From Azolla caroliniana (Eukaryota; Plantae; Polypodiophyta): a DNA stretch of 64,000 bases. The translations under genes and the position numbers were made by a program. Below are positions 11,708 to 25,600 of this stretch, piece by piece. Below the pieces are notes generated by a model, which saw only the letters and a list, made by a program, of their open reading frames with translations, ran no database searches and was not told the DNA's origin. The stretch is from assembly GCA_043228905.1 (NCBI GenBank), contig JBHGNT010000007.1, positions 806,001 to 870,000 on the forward strand. Reading direction: 5' to 3'. The number at the start of each line of letters is the position of its first letter. Positions within the stretch are counted from its first letter, which is position 1.

Positions 11708-14700
11708 TCATGACACTATCCCCCCTTTAAAACGACGAGTGTCACGAGTCGTCTTGGATTGAGGACGATGGAAGTCTTCAAGGAGAGCACGAGCATTGGT
11801 TACATTCTCGATCGGTTCCCAAGTACGTTCGCTGGGACTATAGCCTAGCCAATCGACTAGATAGTAGAGCTTGTTGCGAACAATCTTGGAATCAAGAATG
11901 GCGGCAACCTCGTACTCCGGCCCATCTTCAAGCTCGATCGGGGGTGGAGGTTGGATAAGACGTTCTGGGATGGTGCTCTCGTGGTAGGGTTCGAAGAGAG
12001 AACTATGAAACACCGGATGTATCTGAAGTTGAGGAGGTAGATCGAGACGAAAAGCAACATCATTAATCTTTCCAATAATACGGAAAGGACCTAATCGCCG
12101 ATAATCCAACTTCTCACATGGGCGAGTAGTCTTGATGTGTCGTCGTAGCAACCACACCCGATCTCCAATATTAAAACTAGATGGAAGTCGATGACGATCC
12201 GCGTAGACCTTGTGTGTTTGTTGAGCTTGCTGGAGATGAGTAGATAAATCCGCTTGTATCTTGCGTAACCGCTCCAAACGATCCTCCGCGCACGGATTTG
12301 TGGACACCTCTGGGGTTTCAAGTACACTCCACCGGGGGTGACATCCCGTATAAGCATAAAATGGCGTAACTTTAGTGGATGCGTGGATAGAGTTGTTATA
12401 GGCAAATTCGGCGAAGTGGAGAATATCTGCCCAGTCGTCCTGATGATAGCTGAGAAAGCACCGCAGATACTGCTCCAACGTTTGATTTGTTCGTTCAGCT
12501 TGGCCGTCAGTTTGTGGGTGGTAGCCGGAAGAGAGGTTACAAGTGACCTTGAGCATGTTAAAAAGGTGCTTCCAGAATTTTGACACGAACTGGGGTCCAC
12601 GGTCGCTGATGATACTATCGGGGAGTCCATGATGCCGACATACTTCACGCATGACAATTTCGGCAGTGTCTTCACTGGAGATCTCCTTAGTACATGGCAA
12701 GAAATGAGCCATCTTCGTATATCGATCGACCACCGTTAGAATCGCATTGAACCCCTTAGAGACTGGAAGATCTGTGATGAAGTCTAGAGCAATGGATTGC
12801 CACGGCTTGCTTGGAATTGATAATGGTTCTAATAAACCATATGGATGATGCCTTGGCATTTTCTCTCTACAACATGTATCACAAGTCTGAACAAAATCCT
12901 CGACAAATTGTCACATACAGGGCCACCAGAATGATCGTTGTACTAAATGTAATGTTTTAGTACTACCAAAATGCCCAGCTGTATATGTGTCATGACAGTT
13001 TTGTACTACTCGAAGGCGGCAAGAACCATTAGGAACATACAAAAGTTCTTTAAAGAAGAGTAATCCATCATAGTATTTGAATTGTCGATAGTCCGTACCT
13101 GGTGGTTGCGACTGTGAACACGACGCTCGAGAGGGATCAATTTGTGCTAGTATAGCTTGGGCGAACGCATCTGTCTTCAAGTCTTCACGTATGGTATCGA
13201 TAACGCGGGAATCCATAGGCATGTCAAAGATTTGTGTTGCTTGTAATCGTGCCGGTCCCAAGATGACTTGTTTTTGGTTATCGAAAGCTGGCTCGCCGGG
13301 ACGGGGTGCTAGATACGAACGCCGTGATAATGCATCTGCCTTCCCTTGGTGCCTCCCCGGACGATATGTAATTTTGAAGTCGAAACGCGTGAGGAAGTGG
13401 GCCCACCGAGCTTGACGTCGATTCAACACACGAGCATCCTGAAAGTAGGCAAGATTCTTGTGGTCACTAAATACGGTGACTGGATGAGAGGATCCCTCCA
13501 GAAAATGCCTCCATTGCATAAAAGAATCCACTATTGCCAATAGCTCCTTATCATGGATTTCGTAGTTGATTTCGGCGGCATCAAACTTGCGTGAGTGAAA
13601 AGCCACAGGATGTAGCTTTTCATCATTCCCCTGTTGTGACAGAATGCTCCCCAATGCAAAATCCGATGCGTCAGCTTCGATAATGAATGGTTTCTCCGGA
13701 TCGACATGAGCTAGAATTGGAGCCGATGTAAATGCTTTTTTAAGACTCTCGAAAGCCATGTCCGTTTCTTCAGACCAGATGAATGGTTGTCCCTTCCTGG
13801 TAAGTTGTGTGAGAGGTAGAACGATCTTTGAGTAATCCTGTATGAACTTCCAGTAAAAATTGGCAAAGCCTAAGAAGCATTGCACATCCCGTACCGAACG
13901 CGGAGTCTGCCATTCTACCACCGTTCTGACCTTAGCTGGGTCCATGGAGATGCCTTCTGACGAAATGATGTAGCCGAGAAATTCCACTTGGTTGCACCCG
14001 AAACTACATTTTTCTAGCTTTGCATACAGACCATGTTCTCGAAGTCGTTTTAGTACTAATAGTACATGAGAATCATGTTCTTCTTGGGTCTTTGAATAAA
14101 CCAGTAGATCATCCAAATAGATGATCAAACAATCATCCAATAGATCTCGGAATATATCATTAGCCATGTGCTGGAAGACTGCCGGCGCATTAGTGAGGCC
14201 GAACGGCATGACAGTATACTCGAAGTGCCCATATCTGGTGCGAAACGCGGTCTTCCATTCGTCTCCTGGTCGGATCCGTACGAGGTTATATGCTCCCCGT
14301 AAGTCGATCTTCGTGAAGAACCTGGCACCATTGATCCGTTCTAAAAGACTTGAGATAAGGGGAAGAGCATACCTATTCCTGATTGTAACCTTATTCAAGC
14401 CACGGTAATCTACAACGAGACGAAGCGATCCATCCTTTTTTTTGACGAAGAAAATGGGCGCACCGGCTGGAGATTTCGAATGCCGAATGAAACCATTTTC
14501 CAAATTCTCCTCTATATAGGCCCGAAGGACTTCCAGCTCGGTTGGTGACAAATTGTAGATCGGTCCCCATGGCGGCTCTTTTCCCGGTTGTAAATCGATG
14601 GGGCAATCGTACGGTCGATGATGAGGAAGTGTGTTGGCTTGTACTTTATCGAACACATCGGTGTAATGGCGATACTTCTCGGGAAGTTGAACGGTGGATT

Positions 14701-15244
14701 CTTCTTTAGTGGTGTTGGAGGGGTTTACTGATATTGCAAAGAGGAACATTTCCTCCTTGTGCCCTTCTTTACGCAACTGACGTAGCGAAATGGTTGCCAT
14801 CTTCTGAGTTGACCCTTGGGTTTGTCGACACCGGATTTCTCTTGTTCTCCAATCTATGTCAGGGTTATGTAACTCGAACCACGGTAGTCCTAAAACTATA
14901 GGATGTTCTGGGATACTAATAATATTAAATGATACTACACATACTAAGTTATCTAGGACAATATTAATGGGCTCTGACTCTTCTAGGATATTTCCGGAAG
15001 CAATGGGACGTACATCAATGACTACTACAGAGGCTGGACACTGGAGTTTTCTTAGGGATATCTTATGAGCTTGAGCAAATTTCTTATCCATAAAGCAAGA
15101 GTTAGCTCCGGAATCTAGGAGTGCTAGGACATGTACTGGAGGGGTACTTTTAGTACTAACTATTACTTGGGCTACGAACACATCACTAACTTGCTTAGAG
15201 GGAATGGAACCACTAATGGGCTGCACAGATCTAGGGCTGTCCAA
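11708..15244 (-). CDS. pol: Pol (PR-RT-RNaseH-INT-chromodomain) of Tcn1-like element 1, one in-frame premature stop at 12911-12913
   Basis: LLDSGA, YLDDLL, EADASDFALG, integrase with D,D35E, chromodomain EYEVAAILDS..YYLVDWLGY..TWEP; ORFs 12911-15244 and 11708-12859 are in the same frame. Confidence 0.92.
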
Positions 15245-15270
15245 CCAAACGGCTCCTATTTTGGCTGGAC

Positions 15271-16422
15271 TTAGTCGTTTAACTCTTCTTCTAACTGACT
15301 AAGGACATCAAATTTGTTTGCTAGATCTGGGATATTAGTACTATTAGGACTATCAGATATCCCTACTGAAATAGGTTCGGATTTAGTACAATTAGAACTA
15401 GCGACTATTTGGTTTACCTGTCTTCTTGGCCTATGGGGGCAATTTATTGCGATATGTCCTGGTCCACCGCAGTAAAGACATAGTCGATTTGTACGGCGTC
15501 GCTGCTTTTCTTCTTCGGATAATGGCCCTCGACGACGTGTAGTGTCAATCTCCATCGGAGTCGGAGTATTCGCTGGAGACACATTATATGACTCCCTCGG
15601 AAAAGGTCTTGCTACCACTGAGGCGTAGGTGGGCTCTGATCTTGCCCTCGGCATCTGTAGCTGTCGTTCCGAACGTCGCTCAAAGAGGCGGTTGTCACAT
15701 CTCACTGCGCGACTGATTGCTTCTGTTAAGGACTTTGGCTCTTCGGGGAAGGTCAAGAGTAAATCCTTGACGTCGTTGCGTAAACCATAACGGAATTGCT
15801 CCATCAACGCTTGATCATCCCAAGGGATATCGGCGGCGAGTAGGCGAAAATCTGCAGCGTATGCGGAGGCTGGACGGTCACCTTGGCGTAATCGCCGGAT
15901 TTTGTTGATTGCGGTCCTGATGCTGTTAGTATCTCCGAAACATGCTTTAAACTCACCTAGAAACTCTTCAAAATTGTTGAGTAACGGAGATTCCTTTTCT
16001 AATAGTGGAGCGAACCATGACAACGCTGAGCCACTTAACAAAGTGCCTACTAAACCCACTCGTGATGCATCGGTGGGATATCGGGAAGGATGCATTTGAA
16101 TAACTAATCGTACCTGGTTAAGGAACCCTCTAAACTGCGATCGCGTTCCATCGAACTTCGTGGGAAGGCCAATCTTAGGTTCTTTATGAATCCCTTGTGT
16201 TCCGGGCCCATGTTGTTGCATCGCTACGATGGTGGCTTCGAGTTGTTGCACGCGTAACGCAAGTTCCCCATGTTGTTGTTGCGTTTGCTGCTTTTCTAAG
16301 GAGATTTGTTGAAGATCCCCCAGCAACCGTTGGTTTTCTTGTTCCAAAGCATGGAACTTCTCCTTCAAGCATTGGAATTCCGAGAAAACAGATTGATATT
16401 CTTCAGCGCTAACAGTGGCCAT
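15271..16422 (-). CDS. gag: Gag (PEG10/RTL1-like capsid, CCHC knuckle) of Tcn1-like element 1
   Basis: 383-aa intact ORF: PTKFDGTRSQFRGFLNQV, LRQG..ASAYAADF, PTPMEID, CLYCGGPGHIAINC. Confidence 0.93.
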   Translation of the reverse strand: MATVSAEEYQSVFSEFQCLKEKFHALEQENQRLLGDLQQISLEKQQTQQQHGELALRVQQLEATIVAMQQHGPGTQGIHKEPKIGLPTKFDGTRSQFRGFLNQVRLVIQMHPSRYPTDASRVGLVGTLLSGSALSWFAPLLEKESPLLNNFEEFLGEFKACFGDTNSIRTAINKIRRLRQGDRPASAYAADFRLLAADIPWDDQALMEQFRYGLRNDVKDLLLTFPEEPKSLTEAISRAVRCDNRLFERRSERQLQMPRARSEPTYASVVARPFPRESYNVSPANTPTPMEIDTTRRRGPLSEEEKQRRRTNRLCLYCGGPGHIAINCPHRPRRQVNQIVASSNCTKSEPISVGISDSPNSTNIPDLANKFDVLSQLEEELND

Positions 16423-16599
16423 GGGATGAAAGAAAAGAGGAATAAAAGATTAGTAGGAAATGAGAGAGACAGAAGGTAGGAAAATTGGTTCAAACTGTCA
16501 TGAACAGTACTGAGACAGAGAAGGAATTAGTACTAAACGAAGGATTAGTACTATGAGAGGTGTGGAACTTCTTCGAGAGAAGGAAGAAGTGAGCGAGAC

Positions 16600-16642
<43 letters not shown>

Positions 16643-19600
16643 TGATAAGAAAGATATTTATTATATGAAGAGAATATACAACGGTGGCTAAAAGGCTTAA
16701 GACTGGCGTTGAACCAATTTGGTTCAACATAATGCCTAGTGCCCTCTTTTATAGTGTTTTTAGGAGTAATCCTGAAGCTTCTAGAATGTTCCAGAGAAAT
16801 CTGGAATATACACTAATTTCCTATAATAAAATGTAAATGAAAATAATATCCTACGTATTACAATAGATGGTTTAATGGTCAAGAGCTCGACCCATATAAC
16901 CTAAGGTCATGGGTTTGAGTCTTGCCATATCATGACAGTAGCTAGGCCATTGGGAGTCTCATTTTGAGCTCTATCCCACGCCAGATACTATGAAGATTGC
17001 ATATGCCAGCCGAGAACTAGGGGGTAAGGCTACTGCCTGGTATCATGGGCTATGGAGATTGGGGAAATTGCCCGATACCTGGACAGATTTTGTCACAGTT
17101 TTCAAGGGCCGATTTCTGCAACCTCCATCTTGAACCGGGGCAGCACTAGCTTTAATGAACCTCTCTAGTAGGAAGTTTTCCTCTCTAGAAGACTATGTTC
17201 ACCATGCTAGAACCCAAAGCCAAAAAATCGGGTCTAGAAGGGGTCAATTGGTTGATAGCTTGTTTCGTCAATGGCATCCCCAATTCGTACTATCACAGGA
17301 TAGTGCACGATAAGGATCCAAAATCCTTCAAAGAGGTCATTGAAATAGTTCTTCGCTATCAACGCACTGCGAAGAAGGACCATAACAAACCCAACGAAGT
17401 ACCCAGGACTAAATAGTCGCAATTCGCTAGGAAACGCAAGACACCCAACGAATTCATGGATCACAATTGTAAGCGACAACATCCTTTCTGCGTATTCTGC
17501 AAAAAGAAGAGTCATACAAAAGAGCAATGTCAAAAGCTCCAACGGAAAGAGCACGACAACAAAACAAAAGTTGTAGACTGTAAAGGTCATATTCATAATG
17601 TCCTTGAGGTTTATACACACCATTTAAATAATTGTAAATGTTCTTTCCCTCACTATGTATTGGGACCCAATGATTTACTACGTGGAAACGGGTATATCAA
17701 TGGATCTCCCGTACAATTTTTATTTGATTCGGGAAGCTCACAAAATTTTGTGAATGATCGTTTGGTTCAGATATGGGGAATCCAACCTACCGTTAATGAT
17801 CACACCTATAGGGTGCACTTGACTGATGGAAGAGTATAGTCCATCAACGGGGCGATTGATTCATTAGGAATTTCTATTGATACATATATAGAGGAATTAG
17901 ACTTTCATGTAATGAATCTTTGTACCATTGATGTAATACTAGGTTATCCCTGGTTTTATAATAAGAACTCTTCTTTGTCTATTGATTAGGTTCACCATTC
18001 CATCTCCTTTGTACTGAACGATTGTACTCATTTTATTCAATGTGTAAATAAACAATCTCTTTTGATTGTTTCCTCTCCATCAATATCTGAGTTTACTTGT
18101 TCTTCTTTATTTTATTGTGTACTTGATCCAGACATTCACATTTACAATATTGATAATGTGTCGGTTCAATTATCATATTTTGAACAACAACAACTCAATG
18201 AAATCTTAAATGATTTTCGTGATGTTTTTCCGAGTGAACTACCACATGGGTTACCTCCTCAACATAATATAGACCATCATATAGATATTGTACCTAGCGT
18301 TGCACCAATAAGTATACCTCCTTATCACTTAAGTCGTTCTGAAGAGGATGAGGTATCTAAGCAACTCAAGCACTATTTACGAATGGGTTATATATATGTT
18401 ATAGTAAATCTCCATAGGGTGCCCCTATTCTCTTGGTAGAAAAGAAAGAGGGCACATGGCATATGTGTATTAATTACCAACGCCTAAATAAAGTGATGAT
18501 CAAGAATTCATATCCATTGCCCCGAGCTAACGATATAATTGACTATCTCCAGGGAGCTTCGTATTTTACGAAACTTGAGCTTTGTACAGGCTACCATCAA
18601 ATTCATATAAGTGAGGACGATGTTCCTAAAATGGCATTTCGTATGCGTTATGGTCATTATGAGTTTTTGGTTATGCCGTTTGGTTTGACCAATGCTCTGG
18701 CCACATTTCAACAAGAAACGAATGACATTTTCCGAGAACAACTTGGAAAATTTGTCGTTATGTTCTTGGATGATATTCTAGTTTATAGTCATACATTAGA
18801 AGAATATGCTAAACATCTCCACTTTGTTTTACAAACATTTTGAGACAAGAAATTCTATGCGAAGATCTCAAAATGCGAGTTCTTCAAGAAATGAATTACT
18901 TATCTTGGACATCTCATAACCGAACGAGGAGTTGAAATTGATCCTTCTCGCATCGAGAAAAGAAAACTGTGGCCTACTCTTCCGAATATTCAAGAAGTTC
19001 AATCATTCCTTGGTTTTGTCGAGTTTTTGCGAAAATCCCTTCGTAATTACTTCCAATTGACGACGCCGTTTAGTGATATTCTAAAAGGTCAAACACGTAA
19101 GTCTACAAAACCTATTGTGTGGAATGCTACACTAGAGCTCGCCTTTAAGGAACTAAAGGACCTGGTGTGCAAGGCTCCTTAGCTTCTTTTACCCGATCCT
19201 TCAAAACCATTTGAGGTTGAAACCGATGCACGTGTTTATGCTATAGGTGTTGTCTTTTATCAAGATGGTAAACCAGTAGCATTCAAGAGTAAGAAACTTG
19301 ATTCTGCTCAATGTCGGTATACTGTTCAAGAAAAGGAATTATTTGCAGTTATACATTCGCTTAAAACATGGCGCCATTATCTTTATGGACATCATTTTGT
19401 GGTAAGTACGAACCATGAGTCCGTGAAATATTTCTGTGACCAAGAAAACCTTAAAGGTCATAAGGCATGATGGGCTGATCTCATCCAGGACTTTGATTTT
19501 TCCATATGATATCGTAAAGGTTCCATGAACACTGTCGTTGATGCACTAAGTCGCTTCAGTGAAATAACATCAAATCTTTATGATCACCTTTGAGGAAAGT

Positions 19601-21509
19601 ATCCTGATGACAATTATTTTGCGAAATATTGGGCAAGAGTTGAGTCTGGAATAGACACCATCACATCCTCAAAGGAATCCTTCGACATTGCTAACGGTCT
19701 GCTCTACTGTAGTGGGAAGGTTTGTGTTCCAGATTTACCTGAGGTCAAAAAGAAAATTCTTTTTGAATGCTATGATGCACCCTTAGCAGGGCAGCCTAGA
19801 ATACATCATACACTCGTTCTCATCTCCACTTAATTCTATTGGCCTAAGATGCGTCTTGACATACATAACTATTGACTAAATGTTACCAATGTCAGGTTAA
19901 CAGAGTCAAGCGACTTAACGCCGCGAGACTTTTACATCCCTTGGACATTCCCAATAATAAGCGAGAAAGTATATCCCTGGATTTTATTGTTAGCCTTCCT
20001 CGCACCCAAAAAGGCCATGATGCCATCTGGGTTGTGGTTGTAGACTAACTAAAATGGCCAGATTTGTTTCTACTAAAACCACGGTAATAGCTCCTGAATT
20101 AGCTTACTAATTCATTGACGAGTTATTTTGTTTTTATGGGTTACTGATGGATATTGTGAGTGATCGAGATCCAAAGTTTACTAGTGACTTCTGGACGCAA
20201 GTCTTTAAGAAGTTAGAAACTACGTTGAGCATGAGCTCCACGGATCATCCTCAATCTGATGGACAGACAAAACGAGTAAATCAAATTATTGAGGACATCC
20301 TTCGAGCATACATTGGTGCAAAACCAACAAAATAGGAACGTTATCTCCCAATTTTGGAGTTTTCTTATAACACCTCCAAGCATACGTCGACAACATATAG
20401 TCCTTTTATGTTGATGTATGGTTTTTAGCCACGCCCCCCGATTGATGTTAATATACATAATGATGAGTTGCGAACTACGCAAAACTTTCTTCGGGATATG
20501 CAAGATATGTTGCATATTGCACGAGATAATATAAAAACAGCTGAAGATAGAGCGCGCTTTTACAACGATTATAATAGGCAACTTCGTGTATTCAACCCTG
20601 TACAAAAGGTATTTTTATGTGTAGCATACAAGTCTAAGACATTGTCTACGGGAAAGTGCGCTGAGTTAGCCCCACGATTTTGTGGACCTTTTCAAGTCCT
20701 CAAACGGATTGGTTCATTAGCCTATCGTCCCGCTCTTCCCAATGGCATTGAAATTCATCCAATTTTTCATGTAAGTCATCTAAAAGAACATCTAGGTTCT
20801 TGCGACAATACAATTACAACTGAAACTCTAGTTACTTTTGAAGAATTATCTTCTAAACCACATGTACCAGAAAGAATTCTCGATGTTATAACAAAAAGTC
20901 TAAGTACTAAAATAATATGAGAATTCCATAAATTAAATGGATGGATAAATCTATCAAAGATGCCACATGGGAACGCGAAAATACTCTTAGAACAAACTTC
21001 CTTAACTTTCCATTGCAAGAGTGCAATGTTTTAAAGAGGGGGAGTATGTTATGGGCATGACCATATAATATCCCGTGGTGAGAATTTACCGTAGTATTCT
21101 ATACACGTGCATAAGTGTGAGGTTTAAACGAGAGTGTAAAGAAGGGGAGGATTACTTTTAATCCTCGGGATTGAGACAACCCATTAGGCCAAGTGTGAAC
21201 TTGCCTGGGGGCCTTTGGTGTCACTATAAATATGAGCCTAGCCTAGCTACCCTCATTTCATCATCTCTTGACTACGTCGAAACTCTGTTTCATGGTGGGT
21301 AAACTCATGTAGTGAGCGTGCCAGCACCAGGTACGTCTTGATGCCACAACGGTGGTATGGGACGCCGATCAAGGCTCGAGTCTGTCTCGATCCCTTCGCT
21401 CAAGGGTAGTCAGGTGGATCGGTACCTGGCTTTCTCTCTCTCTCTCTCTCTCCTTTCTTATTTCATATATATTATATCCTCATCAGATGATTACATTAGG
21501 TCATCACTC

Positions 21510-22234
21510 TCACAACTCTACCATCTTAATTTTTGGATTGCTACTCTTGCCAAGTACAAAGAGAGCTTGGACCTACCTTCACGATTCAATATGTTTGTTT
21601 CTCAACGTGAGAAGAGGAAAAGAAGAGGTATATTCACTACAAAACATAAGTAACACATATAGTTCTTGGGGAAAAGAAAGAGATACATTCACATTCTCAA
21701 GATAAGTGTCACCATAAACTCTTTCTGTTGCAAAAGGTTATCATTTTTAACAATAGTTCCACACATGGGCATTATATCATCTGTTCGCAAATATTGGATG
21801 TCACTTTAGTCACTTTATAGAATAACTAACAAAACCAGATTTGGCATCTTAATTTTGTGATTGCTACTTAGGCCAAGTAGAAAGAGACCTTGGGACCTAC
21901 CTTTATGATTCATCTCCTTGTTTCTCAAAGTGGGAAGAGGAAAGAAGAGGTATATTCACTCCAAAACATAAGTAACATAGGTAGTTATTGAGGAGAAAGA
22001 AGAGGTATATTCCCTCCAAAACATAAGTAACATATGTAGTTATTGAGGAGAAGGAAGAGGTATATTCATATTCATATTCATATTCATTTTCCGAACCTAG
22101 GCATTAATTTATCTAGTGGCCAATATTGGATGTCGCTTTAGTTACTTTATAGAATAGCTAACAAAACCACATCCAATCTTGTATACTTTGTTATTGATAC
22201 TCATGCTAAGTAAGGGGAGACTTTGAGACCTACC
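21510..22234 (+). repeat. Continuation of the ~320-bp repeat array after the Gypsy insertion
   Basis: Same monomer as 9087-9790 (GGGCATTATATCATC, GAGGTATATTCACTCCAAAACATAAG); ends abruptly at the Copia LTR at 22235. Confidence 0.85.
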
Positions 22235-22618
22235 TGTTGAGATATCAGTCCCTCCAGAATGGGAATCGGAGAAGCCGGAGAAGAACGAGTCAGATCAGAG
22301 TGATCCGGAAGGATACCTGGAAGGGGTCTGGCTCGATTCGGCATGAACCGAAAGAGAGACAGATTTGTAAATATGTTTCTTATGGGCTATTAAGGCCACA
22401 TTTGTAAATATGTTTCTTATGGGCTATTGAAGCCACATTTGTAAATAGCCCGTAAGTTATATGAGTATAAATATAACTACGGCAAATGGGTAGTGTCTGG
22501 TGGCTATTATCAGTCTTGTTGTACAAAGAGAGAGAGAGGGAGAGGGAGAAAGAGAAAGATACAAAAAGCTTCTCTGTTGTAACCTCTAGTTGGCAAAGTC
22601 AGAGCTCGAGGTTGTTGC

Positions 22619-25600
22619 TATCAAGATTCGAACTCTTGACACGACCATGTTATAATCTAGTATTATGAGTTAACCAAGATATCTAGTACTAGTTATGTAT
22701 ATAATTGGTCCTTATTTTTTTGCTAGCATCATGTGCATAGTTGCTCCCTTGTAGTATTTATACTTGGCACATGCATGCATACCTACATGCTCTATTGTAG
22801 ATTCACATGCGTGCAACAAGTATGCATGCCATGTAGTATAAATAGAGGAGTTCACCTTGAAGGAATTCAAGGTGAACAACACCAGTTATGGAGTCTTTCC
22901 TTTAATACTATCTTCTTTCTTGTCCATTTGGTTATCTTCTTGCTTGTCTCTTGAGCTTATGATCCGTGACAGTTTGTTCACCTTCCCATCCTCATAGCTC
23001 TCCCTCTCATAAGCCATAGCTATGTCCGACTCAACTAGTGAGTTAGGCCAAATAATGGTAGCCTTACGACAACTGCAGCTTGAAAATGAAGCTCTTCGAA
23101 ATTCTTTACAAGAACTTCAAGTCGGTACCTCCCTATCCTCACAACCCCTGATCTTCTCCCACAACAACCTAGCCTAGAGCCCGATCTTCTACCAACATCT
23201 AGCCTAGCTTCGTCACAGTTTCTTGAGCCTAAGGTTAGCCTCCCAGAAAAATTTGATGGAACAAGGTCGCGTTTCCGAGGGTTCATCAACCAAGTTCGAC
23301 TTATCATTCGGCTACAACCTCAACGTTATGGAGATGGTCTTCGACAAGTCGGCCTTGTGGGCACCCTTCTCTCCGGTCCGGCCCAAGCTTGGTTTGCACC
23401 ATTGGTAGAAACCTCATCACCTTTATTGGAGGACTTTCCCGCCTTCCTCGCCGAGTTAGAGGCCACATTTGGAGAGACGGACCGACGACGGATAGCTCTT
23501 AACAAGATTTATGTACTCGAACAAGGTTCACGTGCAGCTTCGGTCTATGCTTCCGAATTTCGACAACTAGCATGCGACGTTAATTGGGATGATCAAGCTT
23601 TAGCTGATCACTTTCGGCGCGGCCTTCGAAGCAATGTCAAGAATCTTCTCTTAAACTTTCCGGAGCACACCTCGTTATCCCAAGCGATTTCACAAGCAGT
23701 CCATTGTGACAATCGTCTTTTCGAATTTCGCCAAGAAGAGCGCCGGACTTGGGTTCCACCTCATTCACTTCCACGCCACGCCCCGATCATACAACCCCAA
23801 GCATCCTCACACTCGCCTACTTCGGCAGATGCTCCTGTCCCCATGGAAATTGATCAAGCCCGATTTCGGCCATTGACTGATGTTGAACGACAATTTCGGC
23901 GGGCTAATGGCTTGTGCATGTATTGTGGCGCCTCCGGTCATGTCCTAGGAGTACTCGCCCACAATTCCATCGAGCTAACGGACCCCAACATCCGGAAAAC
24001 GACATTGTTCGGTTGCAGTAGGAGCCATGCAACTGGACATCTCTCGTCGCCCACATTCTCTTGGTTCCATTGCCGGACCATCAGGCAATTTCACATTGGA
24101 GGTATGGCTTTTGTTTAACTCTAGTTCCATTCAGTCTGTTGCTTTACTTGATTCTGGGGCATCTTCTTGCTTCATCGACGTCGCGTTTGCCCAAGCACAT
24201 GGCCTACCTGTCATTGGCCTCTCAAAACCCATTCCAGTTGAAGCCATCGACGGGTGCGTCCTCTCGTCAGGTGCAATTACTCAAGCTACAATCCCATTAG
24301 GGCTTCGGGTGGGCTCACACCAGGAGGAGCTCACCTTTTACCTCATCGCATCTCCTCGACATCCGATCGTCTTAGGACTAACGTTGTTGGAGGCGCACAA
24401 TCCAATAGTATATTGGTGCAACTGCACGATCACATTTAGCAAGCCAAGATGCTCATGCAAAAGTATGAAGGTAAATTTAGTTTCCTATCCTTCAGAGACG
24501 GTCGACTCCGAATTGACTACCCCAGCATCGGTCCAGGATGGGTTTGTTTGTGGCGCCATTTCTAACACACTCCATGTTATTCCCGAAAAATACCAACACT
24601 TCTCCGACGTATTTGAAAAATGTAATGCTGATCGTTTGCCTGAACACCGGCTCTACGACTGTCCGATTGATCTTCAAGAAGGTGTGTGTCCACCCTTTGG
24701 TCCTCTATATGCGTTGTCTGCACCAGAGTTGAAGGCCCTTCGTGTGTATCTCGATGAGAACCTCGAGAAAGGATTTATTCAACCTTCTAAGTCACTAGCC
24801 AGGGCCCCCATTTTATTTGTGAAGAAGAAGGACGACTCTCTACGCTTATGCGTCGACTACCGAGGTCTCAACAAACTCACTGTTCGCAACCGCTATCTGC
24901 TACCTCTGATCCCCGAACTCCTTGATCGGCTCCGAGTTGCGCATGTCTTCTCCAAAGTTGATTTGCGTGGAACGTACAATCTAGTACGCATCAAGCCGGG
25001 GGATGAATGGAAAACCGCATTTCGAACACGGTATGGGCATTTCGAATACAAGGTAATGCCTTTTGGTCTTACTAACGCTCCCGTAGTTTTTCAACATATG
25101 ATGAACGATATTTTCCGGGAATATCTTGATCTTTTTGTTGTCATTTACCTCGATGATATTCTCATTTTCTCGCCAAACATGGAGGAGCACACTCACCAAG
25201 TCCGATTAGTTCTTGCCAAACTTCGCGAGAATGGCCTTTATGCCAAAGGCGAGAAATGCGAGTTCGACCGTACCTCGATCGAATTTCTGGGCTACATCAT
25301 CTCGCCCACTAGCATCACCATGGATATGAAGAAGGTCTCTGTCATTCAGGCGTGGGCGACTCCAAGGCGACTTAAAGATGTGCAATCCTTCCTCTGCTTC
25401 GCGAATTTTTACCGTTGCTTCATCAAGGGGTTTTCCACCCTAGCACAACCTCTTATCGCTCTCACCCATAAAGGCACTCCATTTTTATGGACCTCGGAGG
25501 CACAAAATGCGTTCGACTCACTCAAACACGCATTTATCACTGCCTCGGTGCTGCTACATGCCTACCCCACAAAACCCTTCCAAGTCGAAACCGATGCCTC

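Larger units (their letters stand above)
11246..16937 (-). mobile_element. Full-length Tcn1-like chromovirus (Ty3/Gypsy), young
   Basis: LTRs 11246-11715 and 16496-16937 (TGTCA..TGACA), nearly identical apart from a 20-bp duplication, (GA)n length and a few substitutions; TSD GTAGC at 11241-11245 and 16938-16942; PPT next to 11716. Confidence 0.95.
10960..21495 (+). mobile_element. Degenerate Ty3/Gypsy chromovirus-like element lacking its 5' LTR; split by the insertion at 11246-16937
   Basis: gag (KATAWY..TWTDF ~17030), CX2CX4HX4C knuckle and FDSGSS protease (17456-17839), [11 protein letters not shown] (18433-18843), RNase H, integrase DRDPKF (20147), chromodomain-like PERILD..DATWE tail; PPT then 3' LTR 21047-21495 (TGTTAT..ATTACA). 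Confidence 0.85.
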
